A DNA stretch of 64,000 bases from an uncultured delta proteobacterium (GCA_963745035.1 CAVUVW010000005.1:96001-160000); one strand, 5' to 3'. Shown: positions 10,590 to 19,749, numbered from the stretch's first letter. Notes: a model not told the origin generated them from the sequence alone. Program-made: numbers and translations.

Positions 10590-11348
10590 TTACAAGCTCG
10601 TTGTGGGCTCGTCTATGGAAGGTTTTGATCTTTCCTTCTCAGCGGAAGAAGGTTGTTCAAAGGCGTAGCCAAATCTCTCAATCAATTCACGATCGCGAAT
10701 TGAAACCAGCTCTGCGAGCTCAGGCGTATAGTAAGTGGAGTAGTGAAGGTGCTCAGCCGTGTTCTCCTTCTCCGAACGGAGCAAATAGTCCCGCAATTCA
10801 TCGTTTGCGGCTTCGATGCTCTCGAAGAAGCGGACTAGATCCTGTCTCAGAGTTTCAAGTCGGCAGACAAACACGTCTTTCGCGTCTCCGAAGAGGTGGT
10901 TGAAGCGGAAGGTGTAGTAACCGACTCCGGTGCCGCGAACTCTGCGCATTGCCTCTTTGGTTATGTTAGGAATGTTTCTCTTGCGGTAGTCAACCTGCTC
11001 CGGCAGCATCTCGATCAGAACATCGAGTCGTTCGTTGTTGGAACCGAGATTCAAGGCGTTTCGGGTGGCACCCTCGAAACCGAACTTACCGTTCTGAGTC
11101 ACCCAGGAGATCAATGGGGTCGCCGCGTCTCTGGGCCACACGTGATAGTACCAGGAGACGTAGAATTCCCAAGGGTTCCGCACCGCACCAAGAACCGGGA
11201 GATGGGAGTACTCTCTGGGCAAAAGAGTTCGTGGCAAGTGATAGCCAATTTCGTGAGCCGACGGAAAAAATTTCTTGATAACCTGGGAAACAAATGTGCC
11301 TCCTGACCGTGGTAGATGCACAAATGCGAACTTGTCGGTAACGATCAT
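10590..11348 (-). CDS. Sulfotransferase family 2-like (PAPS-dependent) protein
   Basis: 5'-PSB loop FVHLPRSGGT, 3'-PB motif VRNPWEFYVSWY, RLETLRQDL, C-terminal YSTYYTPELAELV...FGYAF; AAGGAG RBS. Confidence 0.85.
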   Translation of the reverse strand: MIVTDKFAFVHLPRSGGTFVSQVIKKFFPSAHEIGYHLPRTLLPREYSHLPVLGAVRNPWEFYVSWYYHVWPRDAATPLISWVTQNGKFGFEGATRNALNLGSNNERLDVLIEMLPEQVDYRKRNIPNITKEAMRRVRGTGVGYYTFRFNHLFGDAKDVFVCRLETLRQDLVRFFESIEAANDELRDYLLRSEKENTAEHLHYSTYYTPELAELVSIRDRELIERFGYAFEQPSSAEKERSKPSIDEPTTSL

Positions 11349-11425
11349 CGCAACTCCCCTTCTCCTTCACGTAGGCAGATCGGCGGAAAATAATTTCGCT
11401 TCCAAGGCAGCGCTTGAATGTCTTG

Positions 11426-12235
11426 CTACAAAGTTTGAGGAAGATCTCGCTTTTTCCGGGACATTTTCGCATGCGTAGCATTCATCCGCACACTCCGACG
11501 AATAGTGTTGCGAGCTTCAGGGACGCGAACCCATCCGGCGCTGATGTCAGGTGTAGAGGGGAGCTTTATTAAAGAGTAGGGTATCTGTTGTCTTTCCGCC
11601 GCCTCCAACATTAATCTTTGTTGGCACACGTATCGCTCCACGCGATCGCGGAAGCCTTCTTTCTCTACTATCTGTTGTTGAAACTTCTGCCATGCCGCAG
11701 ACCTCTCAGGATGCAAGCTTCTTTTGCCAATCTCATCCTCGTCCAGTTGCAAAATAAATACATGCACCGGCAGCGTTCTTAAAATATTGACGATCTCGTC
11801 GTATTCTCTTTCAAGTTTCGGTTGTTGAGTGATTGTCATCGCGTATGCGGACAAATGAAATCTGTTCAAAAGAAACACAGCGTTCTCGTCTCGACTGACG
11901 ATGTCTTTTACATAGTTCACGAAAAGCCTCATAAACTTAACCCGCAATTCGAAAATGCCCTCAATCTGTAATTGGTTCCACGATTGCAATAGCTCGCCTT
12001 CGGAATACTCATGTACATCTCGGCCCGCAAGCGCCTTCTTTACATACGTCTGAAACGTGTCTTTGCCAGAACCTGAAATTCCTTCGACAATAATAACGCG
12101 AGAATCTAATGCAATTTTTTCCAGGAAATGGGAATCTTGATTCTGCAGGTGATAGAGCTGCTCGTTAGGTGGCTGAATCCCTTCCGACAGTACGGGCTGT
12201 TCTGATCGGGCGACTAGTCCGTCTGTGTTGTTCAT
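11426..12235 (-). CDS. Thymidylate/deoxynucleoside-kinase-like P-loop kinase with an N-terminal extension
   Basis: IIVEGISGSGKDT Walker A; FLLNRFHLSAYA in place of the TMPK DR..S..AY motif; FILQLD..EIGKRS lid. Confidence 0.7.
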   Translation of the reverse strand: MNNTDGLVARSEQPVLSEGIQPPNEQLYHLQNQDSHFLEKIALDSRVIIVEGISGSGKDTFQTYVKKALAGRDVHEYSEGELLQSWNQLQIEGIFELRVKFMRLFVNYVKDIVSRDENAVFLLNRFHLSAYAMTITQQPKLEREYDEIVNILRTLPVHVFILQLDEDEIGKRSLHPERSAAWQKFQQQIVEKEGFRDRVERYVCQQRLMLEAAERQQIPYSLIKLPSTPDISAGWVRVPEARNTIRRSVRMNATHAKMSRKKRDLPQTL

Positions 12236-12366
12236 GGGTCCCCCCACGCTCTTGACGTTCTTATTTCGGCAGAGCACGACTGCAATTTAAGGACCGGTCG
12301 GTAGGTGGAAGCGATTTTCACGTATTTTTAGGAGCTTACGATATAAGAGCCAGAAAGGTGGAAAGG

Positions 12367-12420
12367 GTCAAGTTTGTCAAAACTGCTGAAATTGATGGAC
12401 AAATAATGACAAATTGACAT
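12367..12420. promoter_or_regulatory. Cluster of TGAC/GACA repeats upstream of the kinase operon (putative operator/promoter)
   Basis: gaca at 12398, 12408, 12416 plus inverted gtcaa/tgtcaa at 12367 and 12375; a similar array lies at 12896-12923. Confidence 0.35.
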
Positions 12421-12443
12421 ATTCACCGCAGCATTAGGAAACA

Positions 12444-12818
12444 TCAAGATATTTGCGCTCCCTCCTGAACCGGAGACGACGAACTCTCGGCTAAACTAGG
12501 TTCGCTTCGATCGTGGGCGGCCTTTGCGCTGAGGAACAATAGAATGGAGGAGAACCGCTCTAATAGCCGCCGTTCCAAAGTTCGGGGCGCGAGGCCAAAT
12601 GCATCGGCGACACGGCGCAGCTGCGGCGTTCCGTCTTTTAAAGAGTCAAGGATCATTTTCCGCACGATCTCAAGAAACGGAATTTCCGCAGGCCCAACGT
12701 TGCCCGGCTCATTGAAGATCTCTTGGACGACTCGATACAGACCTTCCTCGGGTTCCGGCATCGATCGAGTGACAGTGCCTAATTCAACCCGCCCAATTTC
12801 CGATAACGAGCAAACCAT
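12444..12818 (-). pseudogene. Truncated AraC-family regulator (first HTH only)
   Basis: VRKMILDSLKDGTPQLRRVADAFGLAPRTLERRL matches the AraC HTH1 pattern; second HTH and most of the ligand domain are absent. Confidence 0.6.
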
Positions 12819-12895
12819 TCTCGATTCCGGACCATCGATAAAATCTGATCTTAAAACCCATTATTCTCTAAATAAGTGCTTTCACCGAAACTTTC

Positions 12896-12923
12896 TTGAC
12901 AGCAAACGACAGATAATTGACAG
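12896..12923. promoter_or_regulatory. Phased GACA direct repeats (10-11 bp spacing) upstream of the AraC fragment
   Basis: ttgacagcaaacgacagataattgacag. Confidence 0.35.
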
Positions 12924-13474
12924 TTTCTGTAACAGCCCTGTACTAATCAGGCTCCTTTGCCGGTTTTGACCGTGTTTGCACCAAGGTTACAGAATACAGC
13001 ATGTAAAAGTCCGGTTAATTTCTGGTTAATGCAGAAAGTCCGTTCACATTGCGGGTCTCTCATAACTGATTGCAACGCTAATTGTCAAACACTAGCAAAT
13101 ATAGGCAATTGTCGCCTTAGATGAATGGAGCACGCGGCAAACAAAAGGTTAAGGCTGCGTTAAATTGAAATTGCTCGGATCACACGGTTCCGGCGCCGAA
13201 GATTGCGTTGTAAGTGTGAAGCAGTGGAGTGGTGGAATCTTGATTTTTCACGTCCCATCGTTAGGGACCAGGCCACCAAATCTGCCTTGTGGAAACAGCA
13301 AAAAATACGCGTGATAGAAGTGCTCAGAAACTCGCGACAGTAAAACGCGGTGGATAGACAGGCTTGGTTGAATTGAATTCTCGGTCACGCCCATCGAGCC
13401 AAGTTAGAGGACCGACCGCTGTCGTTTGTCGGCAGCAACTCAAAATCAATTTCACTACGAAACGCGGTGAGCGC

Positions 13475-14059
13475 TTAATACTTGTAGAAATAAACCCAAG
13501 AAACTTTTGCGTCAGTTACTTCAAGGTCCACGGCATCGCTGAGTTTCACCCCATCGCATAGGTGAGCGCACATTCGGATGGCTGCTCGCGTCTGTCCAGC
13601 TAGCAGTACGGGTTGGCCATTATAGTTTGGGAGCACTTCCTCGAAAAAGGATCGCCAACGCGCCACGCACTGAAGCCAGCTCTCTCCACCGGGGTATGCT
13701 GTCTCTATATAGGTATGCGGCGGCTTCATGCTCGATAGGGGCTGCCCCTTGAAATCTCCGTAGTCGACGGCGTCCAAACGGCCATCCAAAATCGGCGCCG
13801 GCAGTTTGAAGAACTCACAGATCAGCGTGGCTGATTCGATGTGCCGCGGACTTGTCGGGCAATAGACAGCCTTAAAGATGCGGAACAGTCGGACGAGCCT
13901 CTCCAGAAGATACGGATCTTGCTCTCGCAGCCGCTGGAACTGCATCTTCCGTTTCTCGATCTCCTCCGGCAGCACGGATTGCTCTGGCCGAGCAACCAAG
14001 CCGTCGCGATTGTCGGCGCTTAGCAAATGATTCCACACATAGAGAGGAACAATTCCCAT
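13475..14059 (-). CDS. Degenerate histidine phosphatase (PGM-fold) family protein
   Basis: AVYCPTSPRHIESA, DGRLDAVDYGDFKG, YPGGES...ARW, VLLAGQ; the RHG motif reads NHL. Confidence 0.75.
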   Translation of the reverse strand: MGIVPLYVWNHLLSADNRDGLVARPEQSVLPEEIEKRKMQFQRLREQDPYLLERLVRLFRIFKAVYCPTSPRHIESATLICEFFKLPAPILDGRLDAVDYGDFKGQPLSSMKPPHTYIETAYPGGESWLQCVARWRSFFEEVLPNYNGQPVLLAGQTRAAIRMCAHLCDGVKLSDAVDLEVTDAKVSWVYFYKY

Positions 14060-14415
14060 CGGACCCTCAAATATACTGCTCGTAAGTTGATTATAGTCTG
14101 TTGGCAGCGGTTGCTTTAGTAAACTTCATTCTCTTTACCGTAGGTGACCACCAGATGTCTAGGGTTCGGTCTCAGCGCATTGAAAGGAGGTGTGCAGTGG
14201 GTCCGTGCTGAGCACGGCTTGCGAAAAGCCCCTCGGGTTAACTACAATCAGCTCCGCGACGTGAGGCGCTTTTTAGATTGTACCAACTTTGAATGAGCGC
14301 TACTTCTATCGCTTCATGACGACTATTTTGCTCGTGGCACTTGCAGAGTAACTGGGAAACAAATAGCGTTGCCGATGATTAGCCTACACAACGCATTCAC
14401 ATTCTCGCGGAGGAA

Positions 14416-14814
14416 ATGATGATGCTTAAGACTCATGGTGTGCTGCACTTCAGTTTGGCGGTGACCGATCTCGATCGCAGCCGCAAGTTTTATGAGGAAT
14501 TGCTGGGCATGAAAGTGATTGAGCAGTCGGCGCGGATGGTGTTCTTGCGAACCGGCGATGACTATCTGATTTTGGCCAAAGGAAAAGAGCCGCTGAAGTA
14601 CGACTCGGCGCAGAGCACGCCGGTGCATCATGCCTTCAAGGTGATGCCCGAAGACTTTGAGCCGTCCATCGAGTTTTTGCGCAGCAATGGCGTCGAGGTG
14701 TTTCATATAGAGAACCGCAACGAGGGCGTCTTTTGGGGGCCGCAAGCTTACTTTCTGGATCCCGACGGGAACAAGTTGGAGATCTACGCCGGGCCTGGGG
14801 CGAAGGACGCTTGA
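14416..14814 (+). CDS. VOC (glyoxalase) family protein
   Basis: HFSLAVTDLDRSRKFY, HHAFKV, YFLDPDGNKLEI; GGAGG RBS. Confidence 0.92.
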   Translation: MMMLKTHGVLHFSLAVTDLDRSRKFYEELLGMKVIEQSARMVFLRTGDDYLILAKGKEPLKYDSAQSTPVHHAFKVMPEDFEPSIEFLRSNGVEVFHIENRNEGVFWGPQAYFLDPDGNKLEIYAGPGAKDA

Positions 14815-15018
14815 TTTGCCCCGAAGAGCTAACCACTCTCCCACCCCAGAAGAAGATCTTTGTATCCTTTTAGCGAGCCTGGGTGTGCGTGCGATTTTGA
14901 GATCTATTCTCTCCTGTACGGCGACCGGCGTCGCCCGAAGCATTTACATGCCGTAGAATAGGCCAAAAAGCGCTGTGGGACGATCGTCCTTTGTGTCATC
15001 GGAGCCCCCGATCCTAAA

Positions 15019-15053
15019 CCTGGATTCCCGCTTGAAACATGCGGGAATGACGG
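15019..15053. repeat. REP-like palindromic element (GTCATTCCCGC/GCGGGAATCC family), copy 1
   Basis: cctggattcccgcttgaaacatgcgggaatgacgg; near-identical reverse complement of 29411-29445. Confidence 0.85.
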
Positions 15054-15112
15054 ACAGGCTCTCGGGAACGCCGCGTACAGGCGCAGATATTTTGGACAAC
15101 CGCGCTGCCGAA

Positions 15113-16270
15113 TCACGGCTCGCCGAAAAACCGCACCGTGTTATCGTAAAGCAATTTTTTCTTCTGCTCTGCCGACAAATCTTTTCGCTCGAGAATCTCC
15201 AAGGCGGCGTTTTCGCGGCCCTCGCCGTGGGGAAAGTCCGATGAGAAAAGCACGTGGTTTTCGCCGATCAGGTCGAAGAGTTGATGGAGCATCTTATCAT
15301 CGGCTTCGGCGGCCATGAAAATTCGGCCGGACTTCGCGTAGTCGCGGATGCTCAAGCGCGGAAGCTGCGCCGCGTTGGGCATGCTCAAGCCGAACGGATG
15401 CGCGCCGCGGTCGAGCGGCAGGTAATGATCCATCCTCGATACCATGTAAAAAATCCATTCCGCGCCGAATTCGAGAAAAGCGACTTTCAGATCTGCGTAG
15501 CGATCCAGCATTCCGTGGCCGACGATGGCCATAAAGGCAAGTTGAGCCGGCAGGGACATGCCGATCACGTGACCGTCGTAGATCGACCGGCCGAGTTGGG
15601 CGAGCGGCGGATAGCTCATGCCCATGTGCACGGAGAGAGGCAGCTTGGCGCGCGCGAACTCGTCCCAGATCGGCGTAAAGCTCGGATCGGACAGCCAGCG
15701 TTCGCCGGCCGTGCCGAACACGACCGCGGCGCGCGCGCCCAATCTCTGCATTTCCTCCAGAGCCTCGAAAGCCTGCCGTTGATCACATAAGGGAAGAAGT
15801 CCCGACCATTTGAGGCGAGGCGTCGCTGCTTGGCATTGCCGGGCGACGTAACGATTGTAGGCGCGAAAGAGCGCCGCCTCGAAACCCGGATCGTTTGTCA
15901 TGTGCGCGTAGAGCGTGCTCGGGAACAGCATCTGAAAGTCGAAGCCCATGCGGTCCATGTCGCGCAGACGCGCCTGAGGGTCGGCGAGTGTCATACTGCC
16001 GAGCGAGCAATGCTCGCGTTTGCTGTCGGCGCCGAACTCCGCCAGCACGTTGCGCGGCGTATTGGCTTGCTGAGCGCCGGGACCGAGCGCGTGGGGCTCG
16101 AGCGAGCCCTCGATCAACCAGCCGGCGGTGTAGTTGCCAAGGCCGGCTTCATCATGAATCGTCACCGGACGAGGGCGCCGGGCACGATAAGGTTCGGGCA
16201 AGTCCTCCCACATTCTCGGATTGATGGAGCCATGCGCATCGGCATCGAAAATCTTGTAGCCTTGCAGCAT
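15113..16270 (-). CDS. Amidohydrolase_2 family protein
   Basis: FDADAH, RLRDMDRMG..LFPS, RAYN, SVHMG, FLEFGAEW, SSDFPH. Confidence 0.92.
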   Translation of the reverse strand: MLQGYKIFDADAHGSINPRMWEDLPEPYRARRPRPVTIHDEAGLGNYTAGWLIEGSLEPHALGPGAQQANTPRNVLAEFGADSKREHCSLGSMTLADPQARLRDMDRMGFDFQMLFPSTLYAHMTNDPGFEAALFRAYNRYVARQCQAATPRLKWSGLLPLCDQRQAFEALEEMQRLGARAAVVFGTAGERWLSDPSFTPIWDEFARAKLPLSVHMGMSYPPLAQLGRSIYDGHVIGMSLPAQLAFMAIVGHGMLDRYADLKVAFLEFGAEWIFYMVSRMDHYLPLDRGAHPFGLSMPNAAQLPRLSIRDYAKSGRIFMAAEADDKMLHQLFDLIGENHVLFSSDFPHGEGRENAALEILERKDLSAEQKKKLLYDNTVRFFGEP

Positions 16271-16353
16271 CAGAACGTTCCTCTCGACAGAAAATACTTA
16301 ACGAGCACCGATCACCAGCGCGACCGAGTCCACCGATATTACAAAAAGGCTGG

Positions 16354-16395
16354 AAATAAAAATGCGCAGCACGCTTGTGAGATGTGCTGCGCATT
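16354..16395 (-). terminator. Rho-independent terminator after the methyltransferase pair
   Basis: aatgcgcagcac...gtgctgcgcatt stem with an A-run on the left (U-tract on the minus strand). Confidence 0.7.
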
Positions 16396-16463
16396 CATGG
16401 AACCTAAGCAGGTTGCTGAAAGACTCTTCGCTTAGCCTTGAGGACCAGCGAAGAGCGAGAAGT

Positions 16464-17276
16464 CTACTTGGCGCGGGTCGCGTTCAACTTCGTCCCGCTT
16501 CCACTAATCTCCATGGCATTGTCGTTTACGCGGCCGGTGTACTGGGTCCCGCCCGCCGTGAAGCTGATCTGGTCGCCGTTGAGTTTACCGTTGATCGGCG
16601 AGGTGACGTTGCCGTTCTTGAGCGTGCCGGTGATCATTTGAAACGTTTGCTTGATGGCCAGTTCCCCCTGCGGCAGCTTCCACGTGCCGCCCACTTTGGC
16701 CGGCACGATCCAGAGGTGGGCGGTGCACCAGTTCGTGCAGCCTTCGACATTGGCGGTTTCGTCGGGTTTCCACTCTTCCATGTCGAAAGAATTGGAGACG
16801 ATGCGGGTGCCGGGCTTGAGATCGAGAATCTTGGGGCGAAGCTTCAGGTTGATGCTCGGCAGCAGGAACATAGTGATCACCTGGGCCTGCGAGAAATCGC
16901 TTTCGAATAGATCCGCCTTCATGAAGGTCGCCTTATCGCTCACGCCTTCTTTGGCGGCGTTGCGTTTCGACAGTTCCACCATGTCAGGATTGTACTCGAT
17001 GCCCAGCGCTTTGGAGCCGCGCTTTGCCGCGGTGATCACGGTACGCCCGTCGCCCGAGCCGAGATCGATCACGTAGTCGTTGGGCGTGACTTTTGCCATT
17101 TCAAGCATCTTATCGACGAGTGCTTGCGGCGTCGGTACCCAGACAACATCTTTGCCCGCCTGGCCGACTTCGGGCTGATACTCTTTGGCGGGTTGCGCCT
17201 GGGCAAGGCCGCCGGCCAGGGTCAGGCTCAGGACGAGTGAAAGAAACAACCTATGTGTCAAAACAACTCTATTCAT
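16464..17276 (-). CDS. Class I SAM-dependent methyltransferase with signal peptide (FAM173/aKMT-like)
   Basis: DVVWVPTP, IDLGSGDGR, GIEYNP, ADLF, GTRIVSNSF; AQA-QP signal cleavage site. Confidence 0.9.
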   Translation of the reverse strand: MNRVVLTHRLFLSLVLSLTLAGGLAQAQPAKEYQPEVGQAGKDVVWVPTPQALVDKMLEMAKVTPNDYVIDLGSGDGRTVITAAKRGSKALGIEYNPDMVELSKRNAAKEGVSDKATFMKADLFESDFSQAQVITMFLLPSINLKLRPKILDLKPGTRIVSNSFDMEEWKPDETANVEGCTNWCTAHLWIVPAKVGGTWKLPQGELAIKQTFQMITGTLKNGNVTSPINGKLNGDQISFTAGGTQYTGRVNDNAMEISGSGTKLNATRAK

Positions 17277-17357
17277 AAAGTTCCTCCGATTTTGAATTAC
17301 ATCTATTTATAGCAGTCGCTCGTTGCTTTAGAGGTCAGCATGCGCAGTCTTTCACAA

Positions 17358-18158
17358 TCACTTGGCCGACCGGGTGGCATTCCACTTCGATCCCGCGGCG
17401 CTGCCTTCCATTGAATTATCGTTCACGCGGCCGGTGTACTGGGTGCTGCCGGCGGCAAAGGTGATCTGCTCGCCATTGAGCTTACCGTTGATTGGTGTGA
17501 CCCCATTCCCCGACTTAAGGGTGCCCGAGATCATCTGAAACGTTTGTTTGATGGTCAATTCTCCCTGCGGCAGGGTCCAGGTGCCTTCGGCCTTTGCCGG
17601 CACGATCCATAGATGGGCCGTGCACCAGGAGTTGCATCCCGGAACCGTCGCGCTCTCGTCCGGCTTCCAATCCGCCATATCAAACGTATTCGAAACGATG
17701 CGCGTGCCGGGTTTTAGATCGAGAATCTTTGGGCGAAGCTTGAGGTTGATGCTCGACAACAGGAACATCGTGATCACTTGAGCCTGTGAAAAATCGCTTT
17801 CGAAAAGGTCCGCTTTCACAAAACTTGCCTTATCGCTGACGCCTTCTTTTGCGGCGGTGCGTTTTGAGAGCTCGACCATATCCGGGTTGTACTCGATGCC
17901 CAGCGCTTTGGAGCCGCGTTTTGCGGCGGTGATCACGGTGCGGCCATCGCCGGAACCGAGATCGATCACGTAATCTTTCGGCGTCACCTTTGCTAACTCG
18001 AGCATCTTGTCGACCAACGCCTGCGGCGTCGGCACCCAGATCACATCTTTGCCATCTTGACCAACCGAAGGCTGATAGTCCTTCGCCGGTTGCGCCTGCG
18101 CGTACTCACCGGCGAGCGAAATACTTAGGCAGATGACAATTAGACGAATGAAATTCAT
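17358..18158 (-). CDS. Class I SAM-dependent methyltransferase with signal peptide; tandem paralogue of 16464-17276
   Basis: Same motifs and highly similar mature protein; GGGAGGAG RBS before ATG 18158. Confidence 0.9.
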   Translation of the reverse strand: MNFIRLIVICLSISLAGEYAQAQPAKDYQPSVGQDGKDVIWVPTPQALVDKMLELAKVTPKDYVIDLGSGDGRTVITAAKRGSKALGIEYNPDMVELSKRTAAKEGVSDKASFVKADLFESDFSQAQVITMFLLSSINLKLRPKILDLKPGTRIVSNTFDMADWKPDESATVPGCNSWCTAHLWIVPAKAEGTWTLPQGELTIKQTFQMISGTLKSGNGVTPINGKLNGEQITFAAGSTQYTGRVNDNSMEGSAAGSKWNATRSAK

Positions 18159-18312
18159 TGTGAAGCTCCTCCCAAAGTCGTATTCACGAAAGTTCCACCT
18201 AGCGTGGAATGTCATTTTGCTTAACTCAAGAATTTAGTAATGTCTAGCAACCGGACAGAGCAGCGATGCCTCGTTGCAAGACAAACGGCCGCCGGCGATT
18301 CCTCTTTTGATA

Positions 18313-19584
18313 TCAGGTTTCGAGCTTGCGAATTGCCGGGATGAGCCAGGCCACGATCAACGTCAGCAGTATGACGATCGCGCCCATGGTCGCCACCGTG
18401 AGCGGAGCGCCGATGAAATGGGCGGTGGTGCCGGCAAACAAGGCGCCGAGCGGCATGAAGCCACGGTCAAGCATGTACAGGCTCAAAACCCGGCCGCGCA
18501 ACTCGTCGGGCACGATCATTTGCAGTATCGTGGCGGTGCTGGCGAGAAAGAACATTTGAAATATGCCGACGAGCACCAGCGCGACCAGCGCGAGCGGAAA
18601 CCAGGTGATCTGAGAAAAGAGGATCAGAAATGCGCCGAGCACGACGATGCTTCCGACCAACAAAAGACCCTGACGCTTGATGCGGGTGCCGAGCGAGGCC
18701 ATCGTCAGAACCGCGATGACGGCTCCCAGTCCTGGCGCGGCCATCAGCAATCCCAACCCCTCAGGTCCGATCTTGAGCACGTCTTTCTGAAACACCGGCA
18801 TCAAAGTTTGATAGGGCACCGCAAAGATGCGCGGCACGTAGGCGAGCGACATCAATGCCAAAACCGCCGGTGTGGACCAGACGTATGCGAAGCCTTCCTT
18901 GAGGTTGGCGACGGCGGAATTGCGTTTGGCCTCGGCGCGGTGAGGCGGAATGTGCATCCAGTAAATCATCGCCAGCACGCCGGCATAGGCGATCGCTTGC
19001 AGGAAAAAATTTTCCGCCGCGCCGAACCAAGCGATCAAGCCGCCGCCAAGCGCAGGCCCTATGACCTTCATTAAGTTGAAACCGCCGGAATTGAGCGCCA
19101 CTGCGTTCGCCAAATCTTCCTTGGGCACGACATTGGGTATCATGCTCATGCGCACAGGCTCGGTGATTGTCCAGGCGACTCCGGTGATCAACGTGAAAAC
19201 AAAGATGTGCCACACGTGTAAAAAAGGCGATGCCACCAGCGCGCCCATGAGCACGGCTGTAATGATCAACACCCACTGTGTCTGCAGCAGCAATTTGCGG
19301 CGGTCCATGCGGTCGGCGGCGACGCCGGCCATGGGTCCAGTGACCAAGAAAGGCAAAGCGCGCAAGCCATTGAGTGCACCCAGCAGCATGGAATTTCCGG
19401 TGAGATCGTAGAGGAGCCAGCCCAAGGTGACTTGCTGGATCCATTGTCCGGCGCTCATCATCAATGTGCCGGTCCAGAGGTAGCGGTAGTCTAAATGGTG
19501 GAGTGACGCGAAAATCTTGAAACGGAAGCGGCGCTGCGACGAGTCGGCGGGTGCTTTAACGGGTTGCGATATTTCTTCTTCCAA
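18313..19584 (-). CDS. MFS transporter (MFS_3/DHA3-like)
   Basis: About 12 hydrophobic segments; GVAADRMDRRKLL motif A; VPDELRGRV. Confidence 0.92.
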   Translation of the reverse strand: MEEEISQPVKAPADSSQRRFRFKIFASLHHLDYRYLWTGTLMMSAGQWIQQVTLGWLLYDLTGNSMLLGALNGLRALPFLVTGPMAGVAADRMDRRKLLLQTQWVLIITAVLMGALVASPFLHVWHIFVFTLITGVAWTITEPVRMSMIPNVVPKEDLANAVALNSGGFNLMKVIGPALGGGLIAWFGAAENFFLQAIAYAGVLAMIYWMHIPPHRAEAKRNSAVANLKEGFAYVWSTPAVLALMSLAYVPRIFAVPYQTLMPVFQKDVLKIGPEGLGLLMAAPGLGAVIAVLTMASLGTRIKRQGLLLVGSIVVLGAFLILFSQITWFPLALVALVLVGIFQMFFLASTATILQMIVPDELRGRVLSLYMLDRGFMPLGALFAGTTAHFIGAPLTVATMGAIVILLTLIVAWLIPAIRKLET

Positions 19585-19749
19585 ATGACGGTGGTCTTTC
19601 TCGCGGGTGCTGCCAAATATCTATCAAGATTCGCCTCGGGTTGCCATCGATTCACGACCAGAGCTCGACAGCTGATCTCCGATGCTCGTTATCGTAGAGC
19701 TAGAGGGCGATGAGAACCGATGCCGAACGGTTGCGGCGGATGGGCAGGT

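Noticed and set aside
12970-13470. Hidden small genes or prophage/att remnants in the AT-rich spacer
   Set aside because: No convincing RBS-ORF pair, integrase, tRNA or direct repeats bounding the island could be identified by eye.
14182-14200. AAGGAGGTG as the reverse complement of a 16S rRNA 3' end
   Set aside because: The match does not continue (ATCCAGCCGCA absent) and no rRNA sequence flanks it.
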